This document shows positions 39,367 through 49,520 of a stretch of DNA of 64,000 nt, one piece after another. The notes under the pieces were generated by a model. It was given only the letters and a program-made list of their open reading frames with translations, ran no database searches and was not told the DNA's origin. Source of the stretch: an uncultured Verrucomicrobiae bacterium (GTDB lineage Bacteria; Verrucomicrobiota; Verrucomicrobiia; Limisphaerales; Palsa-1400); the NCBI GenBank assembly GCA_963702845.1, contig OY969763.1, positions 3,776,001 through 3,840,000 on the forward strand. The letters run 5' to 3'. The position numbers and the translations under genes were made by a program. How positions within the stretch are numbered: position 1 is the first letter of the stretch; each line of letters begins with the position of its first letter.

Positions 39367-41486
39367 ATGAGCACTCGAATCCACATCCTGTTCACCTTCG
39401 TGCTCCTTGCTGTTCAACTCCAAGCGCAAACGCTCCGCCCGCCGTCCGTCCCGCTCGTCGCATGCGATCCTTATTTCAGCATCTGGTCGCCGGCCGGACA
39501 AATTGACCGATGCCGACACCGTCCACTGGACTGGCAAACCACATCGCCTCACCAGCCTCGTTCGCATCGATGGCAAACCTTTCCGTATTGATGGGCAAAG
39601 AACCATCCGACCGTTTCGGCGTTGCTGCAAACCGGCTGGAAGTCTTGCCTACGCGCACGATTTACACATTCGAAAGCGAAGGCTTGAGCTATGACGCTCA
39701 CGTTCATGACGGCTGCACTGCCAGATGATCTGATGATCTACTCGCGTCCGGTCACTTACGTGACATGGACAGCCCAATCGATCGATAACAAAGAACACAA
39801 GGTCGCTCCATACCTCGATGCGTCCGCCGAAATCACCGGCAACACTGGCAAAGAAATAGTCGCATTGTCGACCAGAGCCAATGCCGATGGCCTTACTGTT
39901 TTAAAGGTCGGCACAAAAGAACAACCGATGCTGGCGAAAAAGGAGACAATATCCGCATCGATTGGGGGCATCTTTACGTTGCCGCCCCGCAGTCGGAAGT
40001 GTAATTTCGCGAATCATGGCGACGACAAGCTCAATACGGTCGCGAAGTTTCGGGCGGCCGCATGCAATTCGAATGCCGACACTGGCTGAAGGCCCCGCCG
40101 ACACCCTCGCTCGCCACCATCGACTTCCCGCCCTTCAAAGTCGGGTGCTAAACCCGTCTCCCGCTGGCTCATGCTCGCCTACGATGACGAATACTCGATC
40201 CAATATTTCAAAAAAATCTCCGCCCCTACTGGCGACGGAATGGCGATGACGCGAACGCACTCCTCCGCAAATCCGCCGCCGATTACGGACTCACTCTAAA
40301 GCGTTGCACGAAATTCGATAACGATTTAATGGCCGCACTCACCAAAGCCGGCGGTGCGCAATATGCCAAAATTTGCGCGCTCGCCTATCGCCAATGTTAC
40401 GCCGCCAACAAAGTTGTCGCCGACGAAAATGGCCAACCGCTCATGTTCCCCAAAGAAAATTTCTCCAACGGCTGCATCGGCACCGTCGACGTTATCTATC
40501 CAATGGCCCCGCAATTCCTTTTCTTCAGCCCCTCGCTCACCAAGGCCATGCTCGTGCCTATCCTCGACTACGCCGCGTCACCGCGCTGGCGTTGGCCCTT
40601 CGCTCCGCACGACCTCGGCACCTACCCGCTCGCCAATGGTCAAGTTTACGGCGGCGGCGAGCGTACTGAAGAAAACCAAATGCCCGTCGAAGAAACGGGC
40701 AACATGCTCATCATGCTCGCCGCGCTCGCCCAAGTCGAAGGCAACGCCGATTTCTGTGGCAAATACTGGCCCATGCTGGACAAATGGGCTGATTATCTGA
40801 AGGCAAAAGGGTTTGATCCCGAAAACCAACTTTGCACTGATGACTTCGCCGGTCACCTCGCGCACAACGTCAACCTGTCCGCCAAAGCCATCTGCGGCCT
40901 CGGCGCGTACGCTCGCCTCTGCGAAATGCGTGGCCAAAAAGAAAAAGCGCGCGACCTCATGCAACTGGCGCACGAATTCGCCGATCGCTGGACCAAAGAG
41001 GCTGACGATGGCGACCACTTCCGCCTCGCTTTCGACAAACCCGGCACGTGGAGTCAAAAATACAACTTGGTCTGGGACAAAATCCTCAACCTCCACCTCT
41101 TCCCAGCCGAGACCTTGCGCAAAGAAATGGACTTTTACAAAACCAAATTAAACACCTACGGCCTCCCGCTCGACATCCGCAAAGATTACACAAAAACCGA
41201 CTGGACCCTCTGGACCGCAACGCTGACGCAAGGCCGTTCCGACTTCGACACCCTAGTCAATCCCGTCTACAAATTCCTGAACGAAAGCCCGAGTCGCGTC
41301 CCATTGACCGACTGGTATAACACGAAGACCGGCAAAATGGTTGGATTCCAGGCCCGCTCCGTCGTCGGCGGCGTCTACCTCCAAATGCTCTACGACCAAC
41401 CCACCTGGAAAAAATGGTCACATCACGATAAAACCAAACTCCACCAATACGCTCCCCTACCCAGCGCACAAAAGATCGCCAATTAG
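39367..41486 (+). pseudogene. Glutaminase GtaA-like (DUF5127/DUF4965/DUF1793) secreted protein with multiple frameshifts (possibly an assembly artefact)
   Basis: RPPSVPLVACDPYFSIWS at the N-terminus, with fragments continuing across frames. The intact C-terminal ORF 40329..41486 has KENFSNGC..TVDV, APHDLG.YP.A, MPVEE, TDDFAG, WSQKYNLVWD and ARSVVGG. Confidence 0.8.
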
Positions 41487-42550
41487 TTTTGGACGGAACG
41501 CAAATTTTGCGCGACGAATTTCTCGATCGCATCAGTCGCGAGTTGATGGGCGTATTCGTTTGGATGCGCGTCGAAGCGGTTTACGGTTAATTTCGTGGGC
41601 GCTTCGTTGCTGTAGACGGAGAGCAAATCCAGATGCTGCACGTTCTCAGCTTTCCAAAACTCATCCAACTGTTTGTGGACCGCCCCGTACGGATAGTTTG
41701 GTCCGACCGCATTCACAAATGGGAACGTAACAACCGTCAATTTACCTCCATGCGACTGGATCAGGTCGCGCAATTCGCGCAATAGTTTAGTTTCTTTGTC
41801 CCAAACTTCTCCGCGAAATCCGTCGCCAATAAAGCCGTAATAATTCTTCGTGTACGGATTCCGCATGATCTGCCAGTGCGAATAGAGGAAATTGACGAAA
41901 TAACTGTTTTGGATCAGCCAGCCACTGTGGCGAATGTCCTCTTCAGCACTTCTCACCGAATCCATCCAGTGCGGCATCAAATCGGAAACATCGTTGAGAC
42001 AAAAGACCAGGACTACATTGTCGAACTGATAGTTTTGGGCAACCTCGTATTTGAGGAAATCCAATTCCGAGTCGGTGTCCCAGCCGAGGTCGGCTAGCAT
42101 GTGAATTTCCCAGTCGGGCCGACGAGAACGAATCCGGTTCACGAACCTGTCCTCGATGTTTTTGATGCCCTGTCCGGCGGTAAACGAATCGCCTAAAAAA
42201 CTAACGCGCCGTTTTCCCGGTCCGACCGGCTGGTAATAATTGACATTGTCCCTGCAACCGAGCCCGTTCCTGGTGTTCCAATAGCGTGAAAACCAACGCC
42301 GGCTCACTCGCGAAAAGTTGATGGAATCGGTCGTGTCCTGAAAGAAGCGGAAGTATACTTCTCCTGACAACAAACCCAACGACAGTAAAAAAACCAAGAC
42401 GGCGGAATTCCCGAGAACAAGCGAAGCCCAACTGGTTTTTCTTTTTTTCTTCGACACGCGCTTTTGATTGCGGCGTGTCAGCACGAACAATAGAAACCCC
42501 ATCAATACCGGTGTGGTCGCGAATAAAACGAGCACGGTATTCTCGCCCAT
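41483..42550 (-). CDS. Membrane-anchored SGNH/GDSL hydrolase-family protein
   Basis: FLGDSFTAG, FCLND and DAHPN motifs, with two N-terminal TM helices. Confidence 0.85.
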   Translation of the reverse strand: MGENTVLVLFATTPVLMGFLLFVLTRRNQKRVSKKKRKTSWASLVLGNSAVLVFLLSLGLLSGEVYFRFFQDTTDSINFSRVSRRWFSRYWNTRNGLGCRDNVNYYQPVGPGKRRVSFLGDSFTAGQGIKNIEDRFVNRIRSRRPDWEIHMLADLGWDTDSELDFLKYEVAQNYQFDNVVLVFCLNDVSDLMPHWMDSVRSAEEDIRHSGWLIQNSYFVNFLYSHWQIMRNPYTKNYYGFIGDGFRGEVWDKETKLLRELRDLIQSHGGKLTVVTFPFVNAVGPNYPYGAVHKQLDEFWKAENVQHLDLLSVYSNEAPTKLTVNRFDAHPNEYAHQLATDAIEKFVAQNLRSVQN

Positions 42551-42553
42551 AAA

Positions 42554-42754
42554 TTAAAAGAGCGAGTAAACAAACGGCGCAAACCCAGTTCCGGAAAGAA
42601 ACACCAGCAAACCCAAAATCAGCAGGCAGATCACGACGGGCAACAGCCACCACTTCTTATTCGCGCTTAAAAACCCAAAGAACTCCCTCACGATTCCGTG
42701 CTTGTCGACTTCCTGCGCTGCTTTCTCAAATTCGTTCAGTTCGGGGGCTTTCAT
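42554..42754 (-). CDS. DUF5989-family (SxtK-like) small membrane protein
   Basis: EFFGFL..NKKWWLLP...APFVYSLF signature. Confidence 0.85.
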   Translation of the reverse strand: MKAPELNEFEKAAQEVDKHGIVREFFGFLSANKKWWLLPVVICLLILGLLVFLSGTGFAPFVYSLF

Positions 42755-42766
42755 ACATTTCAACTT

Positions 42767-43183
42767 TCAATATTGACGGAAATACCGCCGGACATCGGTC
42801 GGCATTTCTTTTGCGATCCAATAAGACGTTGCGTTCGCCGGTTTGAATCGGCGCAACCGGTCCCGGCCGGACATGCGAAATATCAAGGCTACGGGGGTGA
42901 TAATACAATAGAACATCAATGCCAATGCAACCTGAGAAATGACCCATCCGACCGGAAATGCAGCCACCATCCAGACGACAAAAATCCAACGGAAAACGAC
43001 TGGCACCAGCCAATTAAACGCGACACCAACGACTGCCGTAACCCCAAGCCACATCGCCGGCTTCGTATGATGCTGAATCGCAAATTTACAAATCGCCAAT
43101 GCGCCGAAGAAAATCACCCAACCCCACGCAAATTGCCGTAAGGTTTTGGAATCAGGTTTCAGGAGATGACGTGGAAATTCCAT
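42767..43183 (-). CDS. SxtJ-family membrane protein
   Basis: LRQF.W, WM..AFPVGWV, FYCIITP...GRDRL...SYW...YFRQY pattern. Confidence 0.85.
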   Translation of the reverse strand: MEFPRHLLKPDSKTLRQFAWGWVIFFGALAICKFAIQHHTKPAMWLGVTAVVGVAFNWLVPVVFRWIFVVWMVAAFPVGWVISQVALALMFYCIITPVALIFRMSGRDRLRRFKPANATSYWIAKEMPTDVRRYFRQY

Positions 43184-43191
43184 AAACGTGA

Positions 43192-45111
43192 TCAATCGAG
43201 TTCAAACTGCGCCATATATTTAGCGCGCTCTTCGACGCTGAGAGAATTGTTAATTTGCGACTTCTGCAAAACGAAATCTTCCAGGACCAGCACGTCAATG
43301 TGGGTCGCCAAAAAACAGCGATACGCCTCTTCCGGCGTGCAAACGATCGGCTCGCCGCGAACGTTGTAGCTGGTGTTCACAAGCACCGGACAACCCGTCC
43401 TCTGTTCAAATGCTTTGAGCAATCGATAGAACCTTCCGTGTCGCTCCTCATCCACCGTCTGCACACGCGCACTGTAATCAACGTGCGTCACCGCCGGAAT
43501 CGTCGAACGCACAAACCCAACGCGCTTGCGCAAATCGGGATCGTTCGTCATCGCCAACGCCTCATCGGGGTTGAGCGCCTTGCGGTGTTTTTCCAAGACT
43601 GGCGCAACATGAAGCATGTATGGATTCTCCTGGCCCAAACGCATGCAAAAATATTCGTGCGCCTTCTCCCGCAAGACCACCGGCGCGAACGGACGAAAGC
43701 TTTCGCGGAATTTGATCTTCAAATTCATGTCCGCCTGCATCTTCGGATTCCGAGGATCGCCGAGAATCGAACGACAACCCAGCGCGCGCGGACCGAATTC
43801 CATGCGACCCTGAAACCATCCGATAATTTTTCCCCGTTCCAACTGCGAGACGATCGCTTCAATCAACTCCGACTCGCGTTTAAACTGCTCGTGAGGCGCG
43901 TTAACTTTTACAAGAAAATCGCCAATCGCTTCGTTTGAATATCGCGGCCCCAGTAAACTACCCTTTTGCTTATCTATCCCGGTGCCTCGTCGCGGTTTGT
44001 TCAGCAGCTGATGCCAGACAAACAGCGCCGCGCCCAAAGCGCCGCCGGCATCACCAGCCGCCGGCTGTATCCAAATATTCTCAAATGGGCCTTCGCGCGA
44101 AAGTCGTCCGTTCGCCACGCAGTTCAACGCGACGCCTCCCGCGAGAACCAGATTCTTTTCGCCAGTGCGACGATGAATCTCTTCGCCCATCCGCAGCATC
44201 GCTTCTTCGGCGACGCATTGAATGCTCGCGGCCAGGTCCATGTGTCGCTGTTCGAGATTGGCTTCTGGCGGGCGCGGCGGTCCACCAAAAAGGCGATCGA
44301 ACCGCTCGTTCGTCATCGTCAGTCCCTGGCAGTAATTGAAATACTCCATGTTCATCCAAAGACTGCCGTCCGGTTTCAAATCAATCAGGTGCTCGAAAAT
44401 CAGATCGCGATAAATCGGTTTCCCGTATGGCGCCAACCCCATCAACTTGTATTCGCCACTGTTGACTTTGAACCCGCAGTAATAAGTAAACGCGGAATAC
44501 AACAACCCAAGCGAATGGGGAAATTCAAATTGCGCATCGAGCCGAATCCGGTTTCCTTCACCGACACCGAAGGTGCACGAGCACCACTCCCCTACCCCAT
44601 CGACCGTTAGGATTGCCGCCTTTTCAAACGGGCTGGGAAAAAACGCGCTTGCCGCATGACTTTCGTGGTGCTCGACAAAGACAAGCTTTGCTCGTTCGGC
44701 GGCCGGAAGATTGCTTCGAATCGTCCGCTTCAAAAACAATTTTTCCTTCAACCAAACCGGAAGCGCTTCGCGGAAACTTCGAAATCCCTTGGGCGCAAAA
44801 CCTAAATAGGTTTCCAGGAGACGATCGAATTTCAACAGCGGCTTTTCGTAATAGGCGATGTAGTCGAGATCCTTGTCAGAGATTCGATTTCCATGGTTCG
44901 CGCTTTCCTCGAGACAATACCGCGCCGCAAGCGCCGGAAATCCAGAATCATGTTTCTTTCGGCTGAACCGTTCTTCCTGCGCAGCCGCAACAATGTCTCC
45001 ATCCACCACCAGCGCCGCTGCGCTGTCGTGGTAGAAAGCCGAAATGCCAAGGATTGCGGTCGATGACGTGCCTGTCATCGGACCAGCAGATACTGGTGAC
45101 GAATTGTTCAC
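43192..45111 (-). CDS. Carbamoyltransferase (NodU/CmcH/TobZ/SxtI family)
   Basis: ILGISAFYHDSAAAL, QEERFSR.KHD, HHESHAASAF, DGVGE, GEYKLMGLA, AGGVALNC, EFGPRALG, KFRESFRPFAP and NTSYN motifs. Confidence 0.95.
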   Translation of the reverse strand: MNNSSPVSAGPMTGTSSTAILGISAFYHDSAAALVVDGDIVAAAQEERFSRKKHDSGFPALAARYCLEESANHGNRISDKDLDYIAYYEKPLLKFDRLLETYLGFAPKGFRSFREALPVWLKEKLFLKRTIRSNLPAAERAKLVFVEHHESHAASAFFPSPFEKAAILTVDGVGEWCSCTFGVGEGNRIRLDAQFEFPHSLGLLYSAFTYYCGFKVNSGEYKLMGLAPYGKPIYRDLIFEHLIDLKPDGSLWMNMEYFNYCQGLTMTNERFDRLFGGPPRPPEANLEQRHMDLAASIQCVAEEAMLRMGEEIHRRTGEKNLVLAGGVALNCVANGRLSREGPFENIWIQPAAGDAGGALGAALFVWHQLLNKPRRGTGIDKQKGSLLGPRYSNEAIGDFLVKVNAPHEQFKRESELIEAIVSQLERGKIIGWFQGRMEFGPRALGCRSILGDPRNPKMQADMNLKIKFRESFRPFAPVVLREKAHEYFCMRLGQENPYMLHVAPVLEKHRKALNPDEALAMTNDPDLRKRVGFVRSTIPAVTHVDYSARVQTVDEERHGRFYRLLKAFEQRTGCPVLVNTSYNVRGEPIVCTPEEAYRCFLATHIDVLVLEDFVLQKSQINNSLSVEERAKYMAQFELD

Positions 45112-45237
45112 TTGGGAGTTTCGATCACGATTCTAAACAAACCCCCGGCAAAATCAACGATTCGTCCACGTTGATTTGGGAAACTGCACGACGAAGCAAT
45201 TCCCCTTTACCAACTCACCAACGAAGGGCAACTTTCC

Positions 45238-46404
45238 ATGCTTATGATGACTCGTTCACGTCGCCGACAAATACTCATAATCTCTTGGTGTGCGGTTACC
45301 GCATTAGTGGCAGCGATGACAAGTCATTTGCAGCTCGCTAACGCTACGGCGCCCACAACTGACGAAATCATCGTCTGCGGCGAACGATTCCACACCGGCG
45401 TGCCCATTGTCCTCTGGACCGATCAAGGCGGTTACAATTTTCACTACACCAAAGCTCCCGTCGGCACACCCGCGGAGCGCATACCCAGTCGCGTCCGCCA
45501 GGCTCCGTTGACCGACGAGCAAATCGCCGAGGTTCGCCGCGATGGTTGGACGCCTGAATTGCTGCGCCAAAACGTGGACCAGTTCGTCATCCACTACTCG
45601 GTAGATCCGACCAGTCGAGACACTTTCAACACGCTCGTTAAACGCCATCTGTCCGTCCAATTCATGCTCGATCTCGACGGCACCCTCTATCAAACAATGG
45701 ATGCACAGGAAGAAGCGCCGCACGCCACCAAAGCCAACGGCAGATCAGTCGGTATCGAAATCGCTAATCTTGGCGCTCGCATCGGTAGCACTGCGGACCT
45801 GGACGAGTGGTATAAAAAAGATGCCGCTGGTCAAACCGTGATCAAGGTTCCGACCCAACTGGTCGACAAAGACGGTCACGCGACCCCATACACCAGCGGA
45901 ATCCGCACCAAAGATTTTCATGGCCACCCCGCGCGCTCGCAAATCATCAAAGGCATCGTCCAAGGCAAAGAATATCAGCAATACGATCTCACCCCACAGC
46001 AATACAACTCACTCATCCACCTCACCGCAGCGTTGTGCACCGCCTTCCCAAAAATAACCTGTGAATATCCACGACAAAAACCGGCGTTCGGTCCACCCAC
46101 GCCGCAAATAATCAAAACAGGGCCCGCCGCACATCCAAATGCCCTCGCCACGTTGAACGAACCAGGCGTCTTAATCCCGCACGTACTCACCGCGGATCAA
46201 TACGAAGTTTATCAAGGCATTCTCGGCCACTACCACGTCCAACTCGACAAACAAGACCCCGGCCCGGCGTTCCAATGGGATTACGTCATCAACAGCGCGC
46301 GAAAACTCCTGACATCGCAAGCCCTCGCCGCCAACGTCGCGGCCCGTGGCAAACCGGCGCGTTTTATCCCCAGCGTTCCGGCGCCAAAAACTACCGGGAA
46401 GTAA
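45238..46404 (+). CDS. Secreted N-acetylmuramoyl-L-alanine amidase (Amidase_2)
   Basis: FVIHY, HA..ANGRSVGIEI and ILGHYHVQLDKQDPGP zinc-site pattern, with a signal peptide. Confidence 0.85.
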   Translation: MLMMTRSRRRQILIISWCAVTALVAAMTSHLQLANATAPTTDEIIVCGERFHTGVPIVLWTDQGGYNFHYTKAPVGTPAERIPSRVRQAPLTDEQIAEVRRDGWTPELLRQNVDQFVIHYSVDPTSRDTFNTLVKRHLSVQFMLDLDGTLYQTMDAQEEAPHATKANGRSVGIEIANLGARIGSTADLDEWYKKDAAGQTVIKVPTQLVDKDGHATPYTSGIRTKDFHGHPARSQIIKGIVQGKEYQQYDLTPQQYNSLIHLTAALCTAFPKITCEYPRQKPAFGPPTPQIIKTGPAAHPNALATLNEPGVLIPHVLTADQYEVYQGILGHYHVQLDKQDPGPAFQWDYVINSARKLLTSQALAANVAARGKPARFIPSVPAPKTTGK

Positions 46405-46473
46405 AATAGTCAGGCCGACTCGTTGAACGGCGTCATCCATGAACACCTTCAGCAAGTCGAAATAACAGTCCCG

Positions 46474-47052
46474 ATGAATCCCAAGGTTGATAAATTTCTA
46501 ACGACAGCCAAAAAGTGGCAGCCTGAAATGGCGAAACTGAGAAACATACTGCTCAGCTCTGGCCTAACTGAAGAACTGAAGTGGGGTAAGCCTTGTTACA
46601 CGTTTCAGGACAGTAACGTAGTTATCATACAGGGTTTTAAAGAATACTGTGCTCTTCTCTTTTGCAAAGGCACCTTATTGAAAGACGCCAAAGGCATCCT
46701 AATCCAACAAACCGAAAACGTGCAGGCGGCGCGTCAGATTCGGTTCACCGATATTCGAGAAATAGCTGACATGGAACCAATGGTGAAGGCCTACGTTTAT
46801 GAAGCGATTGAAGTGGAAAAAGCTGGTTTGGAAATAATTTACAAGAAGCCTTCAGAATTTTCGATTCCTGAAGAACTTCAAAATAAATTCCATAAAAAGC
46901 CTGCCCTCAAAGCTGCTTTCAACGCCCTAACGCCCGGACGGCAACGAGGATACCTTCTTTATTTTTCTGGGGCCAAACAATCCAAAACCCGTGAGACGAG
47001 AATTGATAAATGCATGCCCCAAATTCTAAAGGGAAAGGGATTAAATGATTAG
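46474..47052 (+). CDS. YdeI/OmpD-associated (DUF1801) family protein
   Basis: LTEELKWGKPCY, FKEYCALLF.KG.LLKD and AFNALTPGRQRGY...AKQSKTR motifs. Confidence 0.9.
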   Translation: MNPKVDKFLTTAKKWQPEMAKLRNILLSSGLTEELKWGKPCYTFQDSNVVIIQGFKEYCALLFCKGTLLKDAKGILIQQTENVQAARQIRFTDIREIADMEPMVKAYVYEAIEVEKAGLEIIYKKPSEFSIPEELQNKFHKKPALKAAFNALTPGRQRGYLLYFSGAKQSKTRETRIDKCMPQILKGKGLND

Positions 47053-47248
47053 CGACACCACCAAACGTTCGATTCTTCGCTGGATCCACTTTGTCTTCAG
47101 CATTCCGATCATCGGCTATATTTATAGCCCGTTCAAAGAACTTCCAAACTACGCCCCAATTGTTCGGTTCGTTGCGGTTCCTGTCATAGTCCTTACGGGA
47201 TTGTGGATGTGGAAAGGCCATGTCGTTCGACGACTTATTTCGAAATGA
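47045..47248 (+). CDS. Small membrane protein
   Basis: 67 aa with two hydrophobic segments. It overlaps the upstream stop. Confidence 0.7.
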   Translation: MISDTTKRSILRWIHFVFSIPIIGYIYSPFKELPNYAPIVRFVAVPVIVLTGLWMWKGHVVRRLISK

Positions 47249-47370
47249 TGGACTACGTCCGACTGAATTAAACGGCACATTATACTTGCCGCCCAGATCA
47301 CCTTTTCGGGCCGCTATCCAACATTTGACACGCGCTCTTTTCAGTTGCCTATCTGTTCTAGAAGCTTAGA

Positions 47371-49515
47371 ATGGGCCTAGCAACCCGGACAACACGTACC
47401 ATGTATTTTGGAACTGACTATCATCCGGAACACTGGGTCCATCCTTACGCGGGAACTCCCGACGATCCCGAAGCACGCTGGAGGCGCGACCTCGAACTCA
47501 TGGTCTCCGCCGGCATCAACGTCGTCCGCATCGGCGAATTTGTCTGGGGCCTCTGCGAACCCAAAGAAGGCGAATACGATTTCAAATGGCTCAAGCGCGT
47601 GATGGACCTGATGGCCGAAGCAGACATCAAAGTCGTCCTCAGCACACCCACGGCCGTTCCTCCAATCTGGTTGACCAAAAAACATCCTGAGATTTTGCCC
47701 GTCAACGAACACGGCATCGCGTTGAACCCAGGAACTCGGCATACCTGCTGTCTCAATTCAGATATTTATTGGGATTACTCCAAAAAAATCGTCCGCGCCA
47801 TGGCCGAAGAACTCGGCAAACATCAACAACTGATCGCATGGCAAATCGACAACAACATCGGCGCGCACTCGATGGTCCCCTGTTTCAACAAAGAAACCCA
47901 ACGCGACTGGCACGCCTGGCTGAAGGCCAAATACCAAACCGTCGAGAAACTCAACGACATGCTCGGCCTCCGTTTCTGGAGCCAGACAGTCGGCGATTTC
48001 AGCGAACTACCGATGCCGATGATCGCGCCGGATGTCCACAACTCCGCGCTCTTGCTCGACTGGCGCCGCTTCACCAGCGACACGATTGTCGCGTTCGTCC
48101 GCATGCAAGCCGATCTGCTGCACGAACTGACGCCAAACGCTCCGGTCACTTCAAATATTCGAACCTTTGGCCAACGCCTTGATTTGTTCGATGTCGCGGA
48201 CGCGCTCGATTTCGTCTCGCTCAACAGCAACGCGACCGTCAAAACCAAATCCGCCGAAAACGCCTGCGAAGTCGATTTCCTGCGGTCGCTCAAAAAAACC
48301 GGCATCAAAATGCCCGACGACGACCAGGGATTTTGGGTCATCGAACAAAAAGCCGGCCACGTCAATTGGCAAGACATCAACGCCCTCGTCCGGCCCGAAG
48401 TCGTTCGCCTCTTTACCTATCAACTGATCTCACGCGGTGCTGATGGCATCCTCTTCTTTTATTGGCGTCAGCCTCGCATCGGTCCCGAGAAATTTTACGG
48501 CGGCGTGCTCAGCCACGATGGCCGTGGCGAAAATCGCGTCTATAAAGAAATCAGCCACATCGGCGAAGAAATTCGTAGACTCGGTCCCGCTTTGAAGGGG
48601 ACAAAAGTGAAGGCCGACGTCTGCATTTTGTATTCGCACGAAAACGATTGGACGCTTTTGATGCCGCGCCAACCCAATCGTCATTTCAACCTGCGCCATC
48701 ACGTGCAGATGTTCCACACCGCTTTGCACGATCGCAATATCCCGGTCGATTTCGCGCGCCCGACCGAAGATCTGTCCCAATACAAAATCGTCATCGCACC
48801 ATCGTTACACATGCTGGCCGGTGGCGAGGCCGATGCGTTGAAACTTTACGTTCACAACGGCGGCACACTCGTCGCCACCTGCAACACAGGCCTGATCGAC
48901 GAACACCATATCGCGACCGATAGCGGTTTTCCTCACGACATGACCGATCTGTTCGGGCTCGAGATCGAAGAGTTCGACCAATTGGCGCCGGATGAAGATA
49001 ACCATCTCGCATTCCGCGGCACATTCCACACCAGCCATCTCCATTCGGCAAAGCTGTGGTGTGATTTGATCGAGCCAAAGGGCTGCCAAATCCTCGCCAC
49101 CTACACGAAGGATTTTTACGCGGGCAAACCGGCCATGACGATGAACAACTTCGGCGCCGGCAAAGCCATCTATATCGGCACGACGTCACAGCAGAATTTC
49201 TACTTCGACCTCGTCGCCTGGTTGCGCCAGCTTTGCAACCTCCATCCGTTGCTCAAAGTGCCCGACACAATTGAAGTTAGCCTGCGCCAGAACGCAGAGA
49301 CCAAAGTATATTTCTTGCTGAATCACCAGAACACTTCGATTAGAATCACCTTCTTTAAACCGATGCACGATTTTCTGACCGGCCGCACCTTCGAAGGCAA
49401 TTTTGATCTTCCGCCCCATGGCGTGCTCGTGCTCGACGAACGCCTCGCCGAAAAACCGGCCGAACGGTCAGCCACCACCGGCGAAGCTGCTGCACCCGAA
49501 GCCGTGCCTGCATAA
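47371..49515 (+). CDS. GH42 beta-galactosidase-like protein (acid/base Glu replaced by Asn)
   Basis: GTDYHPEHW, VRIGEFVW..CEP.EG.YDF, TPTAVPP.W, FWSQ, FWVIEQ, FYWRQ and a trimerisation domain. Confidence 0.9.
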   Translation: MGLATRTTRTMYFGTDYHPEHWVHPYAGTPDDPEARWRRDLELMVSAGINVVRIGEFVWGLCEPKEGEYDFKWLKRVMDLMAEADIKVVLSTPTAVPPIWLTKKHPEILPVNEHGIALNPGTRHTCCLNSDIYWDYSKKIVRAMAEELGKHQQLIAWQIDNNIGAHSMVPCFNKETQRDWHAWLKAKYQTVEKLNDMLGLRFWSQTVGDFSELPMPMIAPDVHNSALLLDWRRFTSDTIVAFVRMQADLLHELTPNAPVTSNIRTFGQRLDLFDVADALDFVSLNSNATVKTKSAENACEVDFLRSLKKTGIKMPDDDQGFWVIEQKAGHVNWQDINALVRPEVVRLFTYQLISRGADGILFFYWRQPRIGPEKFYGGVLSHDGRGENRVYKEISHIGEEIRRLGPALKGTKVKADVCILYSHENDWTLLMPRQPNRHFNLRHHVQMFHTALHDRNIPVDFARPTEDLSQYKIVIAPSLHMLAGGEADALKLYVHNGGTLVATCNTGLIDEHHIATDSGFPHDMTDLFGLEIEEFDQLAPDEDNHLAFRGTFHTSHLHSAKLWCDLIEPKGCQILATYTKDFYAGKPAMTMNNFGAGKAIYIGTTSQQNFYFDLVAWLRQLCNLHPLLKVPDTIEVSLRQNAETKVYFLLNHQNTSIRITFFKPMHDFLTGRTFEGNFDLPPHGVLVLDERLAEKPAERSATTGEAAAPEAVPA

Positions 49516-49520
49516 GAGTA

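Noticed and set aside
41483..45111. Saxitoxin biosynthesis cluster
   Set aside because: Only sxtI/J/K-like genes are present; core genes such as sxtA and sxtG are absent.
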